The position numbers and the translations under genes were made by a program. From positions 32,001 through 96,000 of IMG/VR virus record IMGVR_UViG_3300025141_000036: DNA of 64,000 bases, one strand, 5' to 3'. Source of the stretch: a virus. Shown here one piece after another: positions 10,501-19,910 of the stretch (within the stretch, counting starts at the first letter, position 1; each line of letters starts with the position of its first letter). The notes under the pieces were generated by a model. It ran no database searches, was not told the origin of the DNA, and worked only from the letters and a program-made list of their open reading frames with translations.

Positions 10501-13500
10501 TTTCCATCTGAGTTTTCATTAAAGACCCCACTGTCTTAGGGTAATTCCCTAAAGGTTTTGGCTCAGGGTTGAAGACCGGGATGGGCTCCATCCTTCCTGA
10601 AATTAAAATGTTACTATTTTCCTTCCGAAATTCCCAATCCGCTGGTGAGTTGGTATAGTTTGGAAAAAAGAATGGCGAGTCCGCTCTTCTTTCGTGTTTT
10701 TTGAGTCGAAAATTGTTTTTGTCTCTCAGGATATTGTTTAAAACTGCGTTTCTCCTACCAATTAATTCTCCCAGAAAGGATCTGTCTATGTTTTCAAACA
10801 TGCTTTTAATCATTTCCAACTTTGTTTGTCTCAAAGATTCGTCTTCAAAAAGGAGGGCGCTTTTGTCGTTAACGCACCCAGGATCCCTACTGGGGTCCAG
10901 CAAGGAGTCTACGGCGTCCCCTAGAATCCCATCGGTTCCTTTTTCTAAGTAATCCAATAAATCCCCTATATCTTCATCTCGCTTGCCGTTTGCTTGATCT
11001 ACTAGGTCTCTAGCAGTGGCTGGGTCAACACCAAGGTTTTCGTAGATATTTGCACGCTCTTCGTTCCAGGCGTCCAGCTCGGGTTGAGTTAAACAAACTG
11101 CATCATATAAAGGAGTCTCTTCATCTGTGAGGGCTTGGTCTCGCAGGGCTTGTCTCAATTCGGGCGGGATGTAGTTTCCTGCCTGGCCAAACACTTCTGC
11201 TACTTGGCTCGGGGTCCCGAAGACATCAGCCAGTTCAGGATGCACAGTGGCAACTAATTGTGATAAATCTGTTAAAACCTTCGCATTCATATTTTTGGGA
11301 GTGTTTGTCAACAATCCTACCAGGTCATTCTTAGACATTGTAGAGTTCATTGACTTATAAAGATCGTTATAGCTTTGGTCGGTAATGCCTGATCCTACAA
11401 TGCCCGATGCTTTGAAAATGTTTTTCTTTGTGTTATTGAGTTCATCTTCTGATGCGTCTGGGCAAAAAGCTTCTGCAAAAATAGAATCCAACCCTGCTGT
11501 TTTGCCCGAGGCTAAATCAGCTGCGGCCATGCCTACGGCATTCAACCCTTTACACAAAGCACTATCTATACCTTCTAGGACTTTTAAAATTAGACGCTTA
11601 ATAACTTCCGTAAGCAGTCCCTCTATTTTACCTGCGAATTGCTTTTTTAACACTAGCAGTGCTGATTTATCAAAAAAGCCAGGGATTTCCTTTATTTGAT
11701 CAGGAAAGCCGATTCCTATTCCGCCATCGCCGCAGACATCCAGAGTAAAGGTAGACAAGAAACTATCTATAGGGGGCTTAAACATTCCTTGATAAGCACA
11801 AGTGTAGTCTCCTACAAATTTATACAAAATGTCTGATCCTGGGAATCGATCTAATATTTGCATTAACTCATCTATTTCTACAATATCTAGTAAAAATTCT
11901 ATATAAGCATCTACCACTAGTTTTTGTATATTACCTAATGCTACACCATAAGTGCCCTGTTGCCCGCCGGGTGAATCTTTGCCAAGTTCATTTTTGGTGA
12001 TTTGCCGCCGTTCCTTATCTGTTAATTTTGACCACTCTTCCGATAGGCTTTTTCGTGTTGCCGAGGCAGATCTGCCAATATAACTATTTCCTGCTTTTGC
12101 TTGTTGTTTGCGTCCCCAATCTCTAATCGCCATGGCGCCGGGTGACAATTCATAGCCAGACTGCTCTTGTTGTTCATATCGAGCATCTATAAGAGCTTGA
12201 GTGTCAGCCATCATTTGCTCTTGCTCTCGGCGATATGCCTCGGCTTTGGCTGCAGCTTCTTCTTGGGCTGCTTGGGCTGCAGCTGCCATAACTTCTCTTT
12301 GTTTCTTTCTTTCTTCTTCTATAACAGCCTTGTCCCATTCTTCTAGAGCTGCTTGAGTTAAAGGAATCAGTTTTTTAATCTCTTCAACTGTTTTGTCTCT
12401 TCGCATTAATTTAGTACGACTGGCGTTTTCTACCAGATAGGCTTGGGTGTTATTATACCACTTTACATAGTTATCGTAATGAAGGAGATTGTCATCTCTA
12501 GGAAAATCCATGTGAAAATCATAAACACCTTTAAAATCCTTAAACGCCTGGGTAGTAACCCTTGCGTCCCAGTATAAAGTAATAAATTCATACCACGCTT
12601 CTTTGACTGGGGTTCCTGATGAATATCCTTTATTCTTTCTCCTTTGAATATAGGCTTTCCAAGATTTATCAGCATCTTTTAAATGTTGTTCTGTTGGGCG
12701 TTTAATGGGATCGGGCGCAGGGGGTGTAGCTACAATCTCTTCTTCAGAGATTCCTGTATAGCCTGGTAGTTCCATATCTGGTTCTTCCGGGGTTTCTTCT
12801 ATTTCTGGTTTTGGAACTTCCGGGGGCAATTCTTTTAAATATTGAATGTATAAATTAGTGTTCTCTATTGAACCGGGGTCATAATCTTGCTCCCATGGGA
12901 GAGGGAGATTGCCAAATTCCTGCTCGAAAGCTTTTCTGAGTTCTATTTGTTTCTGTGGTGGCAAGTTGTTAATGAAAATTCCAAAAACATCAAGATCCAT
13001 AGCTTCTAAGGATGCTTTTACTATTTTTGTCAGCGCATCATCTACAGTTACACCCGAAAATAAGCATCTAACTGATTGGATTGTTAAAGTCTTTAAATTA
13101 CAAACTGACATTCTTTTTATCAATTTTACTAAATCAAGTTCTTTCATATTCTTGAAATTTAGTCCCCCCTTTTTCAAATAAGTCGCCTTGTCCACGATAG
13201 ACTCCAAAAGAGTGTCTTGTTGTGCAAACTCTTCTAGAGCTGCCTCATATCCAATTCTCCAATAAGGATCCTCTTTGGGTTTTTTGCTTTTATTGTGTTG
13301 CTGTCGAACATATTTAGATGCGGCTCTAGAGTATTGCCTTTCTTTATTGTTTGTCTGTCGGTCTGTTTTTTTTATTTTCTTTTGAATCTCTTTAATTTTT
13401 TCTTGATTCTCTTGAATCCCTTTCATCCAACCTGCAAGTTCCGTGGGGCTTGTCCATTTTTGTTGAAAATCAGGATCATAAACAGATTTTAAGCTATTAA

Positions 13501-15142
13501 ACCTATCAATCTTTTGTTGCAGTATAATAATTTCGGATTCTAGGGCTCTTACTTTCTTCCATAAACGTTCTTTTTCTACTCGCGCTTCTTCGATTGCTAT
13601 ATCCCGGGCTTCCTTCTTAGCTTGTTTAACTGAGTCTTTCTTCTTTTTTCTTTCTGATTCTGGGATTTTTACTTCGTGTTCTTGATCCAGATCACCGAAG
13701 TCAGTGCACGAATTCTTATTAAATTCGTATTGAATAAAATCGGAGACAGACAGGGACTCGTTTAAAATGTAATCTCGCAACTCCACAGCATGATTTTTTA
13801 TGTTTTCTGATACACACTGCAGTCCTTCTTCTTCTAGGGATTTCTCCGAAAATCTCCCGTAATCAACGGAAAGCAATGGATAGGTAAATTTTATTAAAAA
13901 ATCCATCCAGGGATAAGATTTGCGGGATCTCAGAGATACATCTATCTCATTTAATTTAGCTATGTAGTTCCAAACCGTTGCGTCAAAAGGTGACGGGCTA
14001 CCAGAAAGCTTAGACATTCCTTGCGTCCACTCTTCATATGGGCAACCTTTCTTTTTAGACTCGATTTTAAGAACCTTGTAGGGCTTGTCAGTGTCGGAGT
14101 TATCAAAGGTGATTTTCACCAACCTCGCATTGTTTTTAATTACACTCGGTATATTCGATCGAATATTCCACCCATTGTCTAAGCCTACATCTTTCAACGT
14201 CGTGTAAAGAGTGCCAATTCTTTCACTATATGTTGAGGCATAAAAACTAATTTTACTCTCTTCAATCGGAACATATAAATAGCCCTTCTGAACCTGTAAA
14301 AAGGCAGACTGATATTGAGAGTAAACCCACATTGCTGATTTCAATCTTTGAATTTGTGCCCATAACTTATCGGTTGTTAAGACAACCTCTGATTTTAAGT
14401 TTACTGCTTCTTTTTCTATTTTATCTCTGGTTGGATTATCTGGGACTTTTTCTAAAATAAAAGACGGAATAGCTATCAAAACTTTTAATAACCCACCTTC
14501 ACCCTCTACTAAAGTCCACTCCTTAGGATAAGCATAGATTTCCAAGGCTAATGGATTTTTGATTTGTGGCAATTTTGCTGATGCGCCTATTAAATTTTGA
14601 GTAAACTCCGAAGGATCCTCGGGGTTTAAAAAGGGAGAAGTAGGCAAGTCAATGTCTCGGCATGCGTTGACTCTATCTTCTGCTGCCATCACGGGGTCAA
14701 GAGCCAATGCAGCATATGCATCCTCATAATCCTCATAGGTAGTTATGATTTCGGCAGGGAGCATATCCAAAGCTGGACCAGTGTGATAGGCACAAATGAT
14801 CTGGTCCGCAATGAGCTTGCCATATTCCTCCAACATTAGTCTAATTCCGGCTTCGACATAGCTTCTTAATAGCTTTCTCTTCTGGGTTCGACTCTCTGCG
14901 GTTTCGCCACTTGGGAACATGTTAGTTGGGCTAACCACATAAGAATCACCAAATTTGTTTAAGGTTACACACACCATAAATTCGCAAGTTTTTTCATTAT
15001 AAAATGGCTCGGCAACCATCTGAGTCCAATTTGGAACAATATAGTTGGGGTTGGGCTTACATGCAGGACAAATCCTCTTTAAAGGCTCTCTTTCCGGTGG
15101 CTCGCACACATTTTTTTGAAATTCACTAAAATTTTCTGCCAT
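7517..15142 (-). CDS. Very large (2541 aa) putative virion structural protein, function unknown
   Basis: Uninterrupted ORF between spike-like and gp25-like genes; N-terminal CPAC motif, charged coiled-coil segments. Confidence 0.6.
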   Translation of the reverse strand: MAENFSEFQKNVCEPPEREPLKRICPACKPNPNYIVPNWTQMVAEPFYNEKTCEFMVCVTLNKFGDSYVVSPTNMFPSGETAESRTQKRKLLRSYVEAGIRLMLEEYGKLIADQIICAYHTGPALDMLPAEIITTYEDYEDAYAALALDPVMAAEDRVNACRDIDLPTSPFLNPEDPSEFTQNLIGASAKLPQIKNPLALEIYAYPKEWTLVEGEGGLLKVLIAIPSFILEKVPDNPTRDKIEKEAVNLKSEVVLTTDKLWAQIQRLKSAMWVYSQYQSAFLQVQKGYLYVPIEESKISFYASTYSERIGTLYTTLKDVGLDNGWNIRSNIPSVIKNNARLVKITFDNSDTDKPYKVLKIESKKKGCPYEEWTQGMSKLSGSPSPFDATVWNYIAKLNEIDVSLRSRKSYPWMDFLIKFTYPLLSVDYGRFSEKSLEEEGLQCVSENIKNHAVELRDYILNESLSVSDFIQYEFNKNSCTDFGDLDQEHEVKIPESERKKKKDSVKQAKKEARDIAIEEARVEKERLWKKVRALESEIIILQQKIDRFNSLKSVYDPDFQQKWTSPTELAGWMKGIQENQEKIKEIQKKIKKTDRQTNNKERQYSRAASKYVRQQHNKSKKPKEDPYWRIGYEAALEEFAQQDTLLESIVDKATYLKKGGLNFKNMKELDLVKLIKRMSVCNLKTLTIQSVRCLFSGVTVDDALTKIVKASLEAMDLDVFGIFINNLPPQKQIELRKAFEQEFGNLPLPWEQDYDPGSIENTNLYIQYLKELPPEVPKPEIEETPEEPDMELPGYTGISEEEIVATPPAPDPIKRPTEQHLKDADKSWKAYIQRRKNKGYSSGTPVKEAWYEFITLYWDARVTTQAFKDFKGVYDFHMDFPRDDNLLHYDNYVKWYNNTQAYLVENASRTKLMRRDKTVEEIKKLIPLTQAALEEWDKAVIEEERKKQREVMAAAAQAAQEEAAAKAEAYRREQEQMMADTQALIDARYEQQEQSGYELSPGAMAIRDWGRKQQAKAGNSYIGRSASATRKSLSEEWSKLTDKERRQITKNELGKDSPGGQQGTYGVALGNIQKLVVDAYIEFLLDIVEIDELMQILDRFPGSDILYKFVGDYTCAYQGMFKPPIDSFLSTFTLDVCGDGGIGIGFPDQIKEIPGFFDKSALLVLKKQFAGKIEGLLTEVIKRLILKVLEGIDSALCKGLNAVGMAAADLASGKTAGLDSIFAEAFCPDASEDELNNTKKNIFKASGIVGSGITDQSYNDLYKSMNSTMSKNDLVGLLTNTPKNMNAKVLTDLSQLVATVHPELADVFGTPSQVAEVFGQAGNYIPPELRQALRDQALTDEETPLYDAVCLTQPELDAWNEERANIYENLGVDPATARDLVDQANGKRDEDIGDLLDYLEKGTDGILGDAVDSLLDPSRDPGCVNDKSALLFEDESLRQTKLEMIKSMFENIDRSFLGELIGRRNAVLNNILRDKNNFRLKKHERRADSPFFFPNYTNSPADWEFRKENSNILISGRMEPIPVFNPEPKPLGNYPKTVGSLMKTQMESYTSYLSNRSTTPQAQVSKQFINSFESVPSYEFQLNFKLRKVAKPSYQLEVVETFRNKITEAEAERLGLDYGLFSKKSLPPMVSLDLEVNNDFKATKYLNFNYVDNQEELPYQALIFKSLLESKISGTIEQNPAVLMKAFDRGNKTVLQCVQNAVIQTPSGDIPTGFRFGYEGGEPLTFADLWYVNPDASPDDKSSWVYTHLPGDRVLGKSATENPRVHFLDPSIHGGNYLFPKIYVEPASYNGWLGMIRTFIPELKSCEKEDNGFLNITQIAKRAKEVEDNLPFDERLSLAPDCRIEVPYDKHFSSATHGIMEGVVLSTMRVYCSEYIFKTLPVYSGIELSSKNVDNAFLNLIIQQMKNGLTAQTTSWNMVQGYTYYLMFLEQAVQVVQRQIQDGLMEETQEIKNAFTIIETTQINYDPIKINIFDWENMPWDSISDTFRGAAIIAFGEDWQQDYDNVLTEELLKSLALLAVGGPAAITAAQAHLVGTLLTRCAFLSPFKLRLARKINSLHESRAAAEVILRALAKNELSLLMKKINLNMRPRPHIEDIQKYLLSRNGILFGSSLRSGEMKIEQPAVEGSTGFDYGDIFNVVRDVEVDNPFNNQEITVTAANLAIPAEHDDALAYFSEGLLETPPAAIPEFLKRKVSNMITLFQNGLFYLEKYVRVYTKDGEERVLSIPEFQELIASKLQAYEPGVAITQSEDLSLETLVLDPSKNISEFFGNAYIVEDEVMGTIGVKFGVRLIYSPPPQFNYTAPEDNQKERTYTIGVPEVSLKVDESVHAWLETLLGNTALKERIIESLDGITVQQESLSRAIPVVEFEQDIKDRPVGDLDLEGKNMGEELKCYIDNLTKEEDFKVLFDTCFPARSFVSFYGVYSFYGFFESIGMDLSNPDEVDEDPGKLREQWKKALFDKTKKKLRQLFNATYRTDDDEKEENEPRSKREKSEFLKNLLPQAFMNLDSSVQWWQRIRFVDIKPFDADGQDCLNSFQKMFR

Positions 15143-15144
15143 TC

Positions 15145-16173
15145 TTACATTCCTATATAAACTGTTGAACTCAACAGTCTTTCTGTTTTGGAGCCCTGTA
15201 GGACTCCGTTCTCTGTACCTAAAGCCTTGAAGGTTTTCATGTGCTGTTGATACGTCTTAATAATAGAGTCCACATTCGTTTCTAAAAAAGCCGGGATGCT
15301 CTTGGCTGCTTGAGTAGCAGCATTTACAGAAGGGATGGTCTGGACAACACCCAGGCCGAAGCCAGTATGGGTATGAAGAGCCATTGCTGTTTTGTATTTG
15401 ACAAGATTAAACTCAACATCCATAACCCGGTTTCTTAACGTTTGAATCTCCTCGTTTAATGATCTCAAATATTTAACTAAATTATCTCCTAGAACTGCTG
15501 GTTGTGCGCTATCGTCTCCAATTTGGGCGATTTCAATACGAGGAGTTATATTCTTGTTGTAGTTAACAAGCCTTTCTACACCTTCGGCTTTTGAAAACCC
15601 TACTAAAATTCTGACTCGTTCGCGGCCTATAATCAAAGTGTGATCAGCTTTTATCCCTATTCCCGATTTCATAGTGGAAGTAATTGAGGTAGCGGGGGAT
15701 CCATCTCCTACTGCGAAGTAATGTTGAATATCTCCCCTCTCTGTTAAATAAATTCTCGCGCCGTCTGAAATAAAGTTGGCTCTGGTTTCTGTTGAAGAGG
15801 TTTTTATTCTAGCTTCACAACTAAGAGCCCCAGCAACAATGTCTATAGCTTCACACATAGTTCCACCTTGGCCTCCAACACCAGTTGCTCTAGAACCATA
15901 ATTATCCTTGGTAAAAACAATTCGGCCGCCTTGGTTTTTTGAACCTTCTTCCACCCGGGATAACACTCTTTCGATTGCACCTTTGGGTCCAAAAACTGGT
16001 AAATCCTCACAATCTTCCGTTAAAAAAACTCCGGACTTTTGAGGCATAAATGGAGAATTTATCTCCCGATCTATACACTCTTCTATCAATCGACGGTCAT
16101 CCTTAAGAGCTGTGTACGCGCCAACTAATTTTACTTTTTTAGGTCCGCCTTTTTGCAAAGGATTAAAAGCCAT
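15145..16173 (-). CDS. Baseplate spike/puncturing protein (gp5 C-terminal / gpV-gp138-like)
   Basis: Probable ATG 16173 after GGAGGAG SD; beta-rich mid region (SGIGIKADHTLIIGRERVRI), PAVLGDNL and late HxH motif (ALHTHTG) typical of metal-tipped spikes. Confidence 0.6.
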   Translation of the reverse strand: MAFNPLQKGGPKKVKLVGAYTALKDDRRLIEECIDREINSPFMPQKSGVFLTEDCEDLPVFGPKGAIERVLSRVEEGSKNQGGRIVFTKDNYGSRATGVGGQGGTMCEAIDIVAGALSCEARIKTSSTETRANFISDGARIYLTERGDIQHYFAVGDGSPATSITSTMKSGIGIKADHTLIIGRERVRILVGFSKAEGVERLVNYNKNITPRIEIAQIGDDSAQPAVLGDNLVKYLRSLNEEIQTLRNRVMDVEFNLVKYKTAMALHTHTGFGLGVVQTIPSVNAATQAAKSIPAFLETNVDSIIKTYQQHMKTFKALGTENGVLQGSKTERLLSSTVYIGM

Positions 16174-16174
16174 T

Positions 16175-17329
16175 TTATGTTTCTCCTCCACCAACATCTT
16201 GTGGTGATTTTTTAATGATCCCTTTGAGGTCTATCCATTCGAAATGCCATGGTTCATCGGGACCTTTCGCTCCTTCTAAAGCCCACGGTGGGTTATGAAA
16301 ACCAAATCTTGGAGCATGCTCTTTCATCCATTTGTAAGTAGCCGATCGGTATCTTTTGGATCCATATACTTTTTTACCTTTGAGGTTGCAAACTTTCCAG
16401 TCAATGGCCAAACCCCATCCGTGTCGGGATCTGCCTGGGGTGGCTGCATATTCTGAAGTTCCAGCTTTTATGTTTCTTATTTTAGTGGAAACTTGCCTGT
16501 CGTAACTTCTGACTCCACTCGCAGTTCCTGCTATGGAAATTTGAAATCCGAAATGTGCATTGAATGCATCTTCTATCTGGTTCCAACTAGGGATTATGTC
16601 TTTCACAACTATTGTTCCTTGATTAGTCACACCCAATAATTCTTGTGGAAATGAGCCATTATAAACTGGCTTATTGTGCCAACCGGAGACGTTGCCTACA
16701 TAATATCTCTTCAGAGGCGCAGGAAACCCAGAGTGTCCCGTAGTTCTAACGGAATCGGATCCGTTTGGTGCATTCGGAATGTTTGAGAGATCCGGGGTCC
16801 CTGAGTTGTAAAATTGCCCCATAGTTTCTTGATCCCAACTGTTTGCAAACGTTTGGAATAGACTATCCTTTTCTCTAAGGTTCAAAAATTTCTTAGAGAG
16901 GCCCACTCTTTGCATTAAGACTATGGAATTTTTCTTTCCTTCTGAATGGTATCTAGCAGACCAGATTTCCCCTTCTTGAGGGCTCCTTCCAGCCTCTTGC
17001 ATTACAAATCCAATTGGGTGCATATTTATTAATTTCTTTGTCATTTGAACATCGGGTTCACTAAAAGGATCGGGGAATTCTAAATCATCGTTGATATAAC
17101 TCCTCACTCTACTAAAGAAATACGCAGGCTCTTGAGGATTATTAGTAGCTGGGTTTCCATGAGCAGATCCTCGAAATGGATTACTGCTTTTTTCTCCAGA
17201 CAAAACCACCACTTGAAATATCTTTGGTTCTTTTCTTTGATTATGTTTTACCACCGCATGTTGCAAGTTTTGGCGATGTAGGTTGATTTTTTCAACTGCA
17301 CCCATAAGAATAGCAGGAACTTCTATCAT
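16175..17329 (-). CDS. gp5-OB-like N-terminus + M15/VanY-type Zn peptidoglycan peptidase
   Basis: 384 aa; RSYDRQ..AATPGRSRHGWGLAID..EPWHF (SxHxxGxAxD, ExWH); N-terminal ~165 aa shared with two neighbours. Confidence 0.8.
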   Translation of the reverse strand: MIEVPAILMGAVEKINLHRQNLQHAVVKHNQRKEPKIFQVVVLSGEKSSNPFRGSAHGNPATNNPQEPAYFFSRVRSYINDDLEFPDPFSEPDVQMTKKLINMHPIGFVMQEAGRSPQEGEIWSARYHSEGKKNSIVLMQRVGLSKKFLNLREKDSLFQTFANSWDQETMGQFYNSGTPDLSNIPNAPNGSDSVRTTGHSGFPAPLKRYYVGNVSGWHNKPVYNGSFPQELLGVTNQGTIVVKDIIPSWNQIEDAFNAHFGFQISIAGTASGVRSYDRQVSTKIRNIKAGTSEYAATPGRSRHGWGLAIDWKVCNLKGKKVYGSKRYRSATYKWMKEHAPRFGFHNPPWALEGAKGPDEPWHFEWIDLKGIIKKSPQDVGGGET

Positions 17330-17334
17330 TTTCT

Positions 17335-18666
17335 TTACCCCTTGGCTAAATCACGTATTGCTATAGCACGTGGGCTTTTATCGATTGCAGCCCTGACTTG
17401 ATTAATGGCATTCATTGATCTGTCGGCGTCTGCTTTATTTACAGCCCCTTGCTTGTTAACACCAACACCACCATAATATTTAACATAAGCAGGGATCCAC
17501 TTTCCTTTTCTATATGCCCCTTTTTGTAATCTTATTGATGCAAACTCATAAGCCAAATCGTTTCCGGCTGACTTTGGGCTTACGCTGTCTCCAAATAAAT
17601 AGCGGCCGAGTGTTTTTCTCTTCATCGAAACCAAGTAAATGCCTAAAGCATTTTGATTTAATTTATTAAATTGATCACCTGTGTTCAAACCCTGGATTCT
17701 ACTGACAGCACTTTTGAAAGTTTTGGGAATTATCTGGTAGCCTCCGGTGGCAAAAAGACGTCCATTTCCTGCTGTTATGACTTTTGCGCCTTTTGATTGT
17801 CCAGCTCTGACTTGAGCAATTGACCATTGTGATAATGGTCCCCAGCCAGTTCCAATGTAATTAGTGTTGCCTATATAACCAGGCTTTCCATATCGGGAAT
17901 AGTAATTAAAAGCATCGTACTGTTCACCATTAAAGTGTTTGGTTGCACAACCTTCTCTAGAGCACTCGTGTTGTCTTATGTTGTTTAACAGTGGTTCAAA
18001 GATCCCCATACCTGCTAGTTCTTTTAATTGAGCCCACGTGAAGTTTAAACGACCTTTGATTTTTGTCCCTTGAGAGACTCTTACATTTACAACTGGTTCT
18101 GTGATCTCACCATTGGGCCCTACTTGTGCAACATCGCCGATGATGACAGGGCTATGCCTGAGATTTTCCCAAACATTTGCTGCTTGTTGGTATAAACTAT
18201 CCTTCTCTTTAAGATTTAAGAACCCTTTATCTACCCCCACTCTATTAATAAGAATTATCCCTTTTCTATCTTTTGTTAAATAACGACAAGTCCAGATATC
18301 CCCTTCTTTGGGGACAAGGCCCGTTGATTTCTCCAAGACACCGATCGGGTGCATATTAGCCAACTTCTTTGTCATCTTCACATCTGGTTCTTTAAACGGA
18401 TCCGGCGTGGTTAATTCATCTATATCTTTTCTTCTTATTCTCGCGAAATAATATGAAGGCTCTTGAGGGTTATTAGTAGCGAGATTACCATGGGCAGTGC
18501 CTACGTGAGGGTTATTAGAATTAGTTTCACCGCCTGATAAAACCACCGCTTCGAAGATTTCAGGTAACACATTAGAGAATGTTTTACTTATAAAACCGAA
18601 TTCTCTTTCTCTTTTGAGAGAAATGCGATTTAAAGCAGTCATAATGTTGGCGGGGACATCTATCAT
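17335..18666 (-). CDS. gp5-OB-like N-terminus + lysozyme-like (GH104/lambda R-type) domain
   Basis: 443 aa; LLNNIRQHE..YDAFN..ATGGYQIIPKT..FNKLNQNAL..LAYEFASI. Confidence 0.7.
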   Translation of the reverse strand: MIDVPANIMTALNRISLKREREFGFISKTFSNVLPEIFEAVVLSGGETNSNNPHVGTAHGNLATNNPQEPSYYFARIRRKDIDELTTPDPFKEPDVKMTKKLANMHPIGVLEKSTGLVPKEGDIWTCRYLTKDRKGIILINRVGVDKGFLNLKEKDSLYQQAANVWENLRHSPVIIGDVAQVGPNGEITEPVVNVRVSQGTKIKGRLNFTWAQLKELAGMGIFEPLLNNIRQHECSREGCATKHFNGEQYDAFNYYSRYGKPGYIGNTNYIGTGWGPLSQWSIAQVRAGQSKGAKVITAGNGRLFATGGYQIIPKTFKSAVSRIQGLNTGDQFNKLNQNALGIYLVSMKRKTLGRYLFGDSVSPKSAGNDLAYEFASIRLQKGAYRKGKWIPAYVKYYGGVGVNKQGAVNKADADRSMNAINQVRAAIDKSPRAIAIRDLAKG

Positions 18667-19910
18667 GATGGAAAAACCCTATCGACTGCGTCTGCTCTTT
18701 TTTTGCGGTGGCTTGGATCATGACTATTATTAACATAATCAGCTAAAGATTCGTTTGGAGTTCTTTTACCGTTTGAAGAGTGCTTATCTACACCCCCAGA
18801 GCCTGCTGAGTTTCTGATTCCTGCTATTATTGCAAGATTTCTATTAGTTTTAGGCCAACCATAGCCTGCTAGTTGTGCTTCGGATGTATCTGCATATTTT
18901 CTTTTCCATACCGCTCTCTGTATGTCTCTGGTTTTGGGGTGTTGAACAAAACTTTCCCAACCTTTTCTCCACCAAGGGTGTTTATAATAACAAGGGTTTC
19001 CTTTTGACTTCTTTGTACAAGTCTTGTTGAAAGCCTTAAGTGCGGAAGAAGATTTGCCGAACCAAGTTACAATGATCTCCTCCCCTAGCAGCTCAACTGC
19101 TTTATCCACTAGCGGATTCAAAGTTTCTCGCTGCCAGTGGGCTATACCTATAATGCCTCTACCATCTACAGGGCAAACCTCATCATACCGTTTTCCCCAT
19201 TTACACTTTTTGTCTCCTTTTATACCAGCGTCCAGTGCAATAATAGATTCTAAAGTAATAATCCACCAGTCTGGAGTGTATTGTCCCGGGGCCGTCGGCT
19301 TTGATTGGTAATAGACAACATTAGGGTTTGTGGGACCTTTATTTTTTGGGGCTTGATATTGTTGCTGGGGCTGTTGATAACCTGAACCTATCAATTGTGG
19401 TTGATTGCTGGACCATTCTGCTGCGGATGTTTGATACATGCTGTCTTTTGTGGTCAAAGATAAAAACCCCTTATCAACATCTACTCTGTTAATCAAAAGA
19501 ATAGTGGCCTTATCGGGCCCCAGAAACCTACAACTCCATATATCTCCCTCCTTGGGGATTACATTCGCTTTATTATTCAATAAAACTCCCAGAGTGTGCA
19601 TCACAGCTAGCTGTTGTGCCATTTGTTTGTTGGATTCTAGGAACGGGTCTGGTTTATTTTCTTGTAATGCTGCCACCTTGCGACACCTAACAAAATGATA
19701 GTTTTGTTCCTGGGGATTATTATTCGCGGGATTACCATAGGCAGTGCCGATATTAACATTATTGCTTTTAAAACTAGCAGCAACCACAACAGCATTAAAA
19801 ATTTCCCCTTCTTTGTTGTAATAATCTCTGGCTATCGTTTCGAAACTTTGTTCATTAGTCAAAGAGATTCTATCTAGCATCGAATGGATTGAAGCTGGAA
19901 CCTCGATCAT
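18663..19910 (-). CDS. gp5-OB-like N-terminus + divergent lysozyme/chitosanase-like (VgrG3-C-like) domain
   Basis: 415 aa; YDEVCPVDGRGIIGIAHWQ..WESFVQHPKTRDIQRAVWKRKY..NSAGSGG pattern. Confidence 0.55.
   Translation of the reverse strand: MIEVPASIHSMLDRISLTNEQSFETIARDYYNKEGEIFNAVVVAASFKSNNVNIGTAYGNPANNNPQEQNYHFVRCRKVAALQENKPDPFLESNKQMAQQLAVMHTLGVLLNNKANVIPKEGDIWSCRFLGPDKATILLINRVDVDKGFLSLTTKDSMYQTSAAEWSSNQPQLIGSGYQQPQQQYQAPKNKGPTNPNVVYYQSKPTAPGQYTPDWWIITLESIIALDAGIKGDKKCKWGKRYDEVCPVDGRGIIGIAHWQRETLNPLVDKAVELLGEEIIVTWFGKSSSALKAFNKTCTKKSKGNPCYYKHPWWRKGWESFVQHPKTRDIQRAVWKRKYADTSEAQLAGYGWPKTNRNLAIIAGIRNSAGSGGVDKHSSNGKRTPNESLADYVNNSHDPSHRKKRADAVDRVFPS

Noticed and set aside
7517-15142. Tape-measure protein; alternative genetic code
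   Set aside because: It lacks the typical Ala/Gly-rich tape-measure repeats. ORFs throughout the window are full length in code 11, so there is no sign of stop-codon reassignment.
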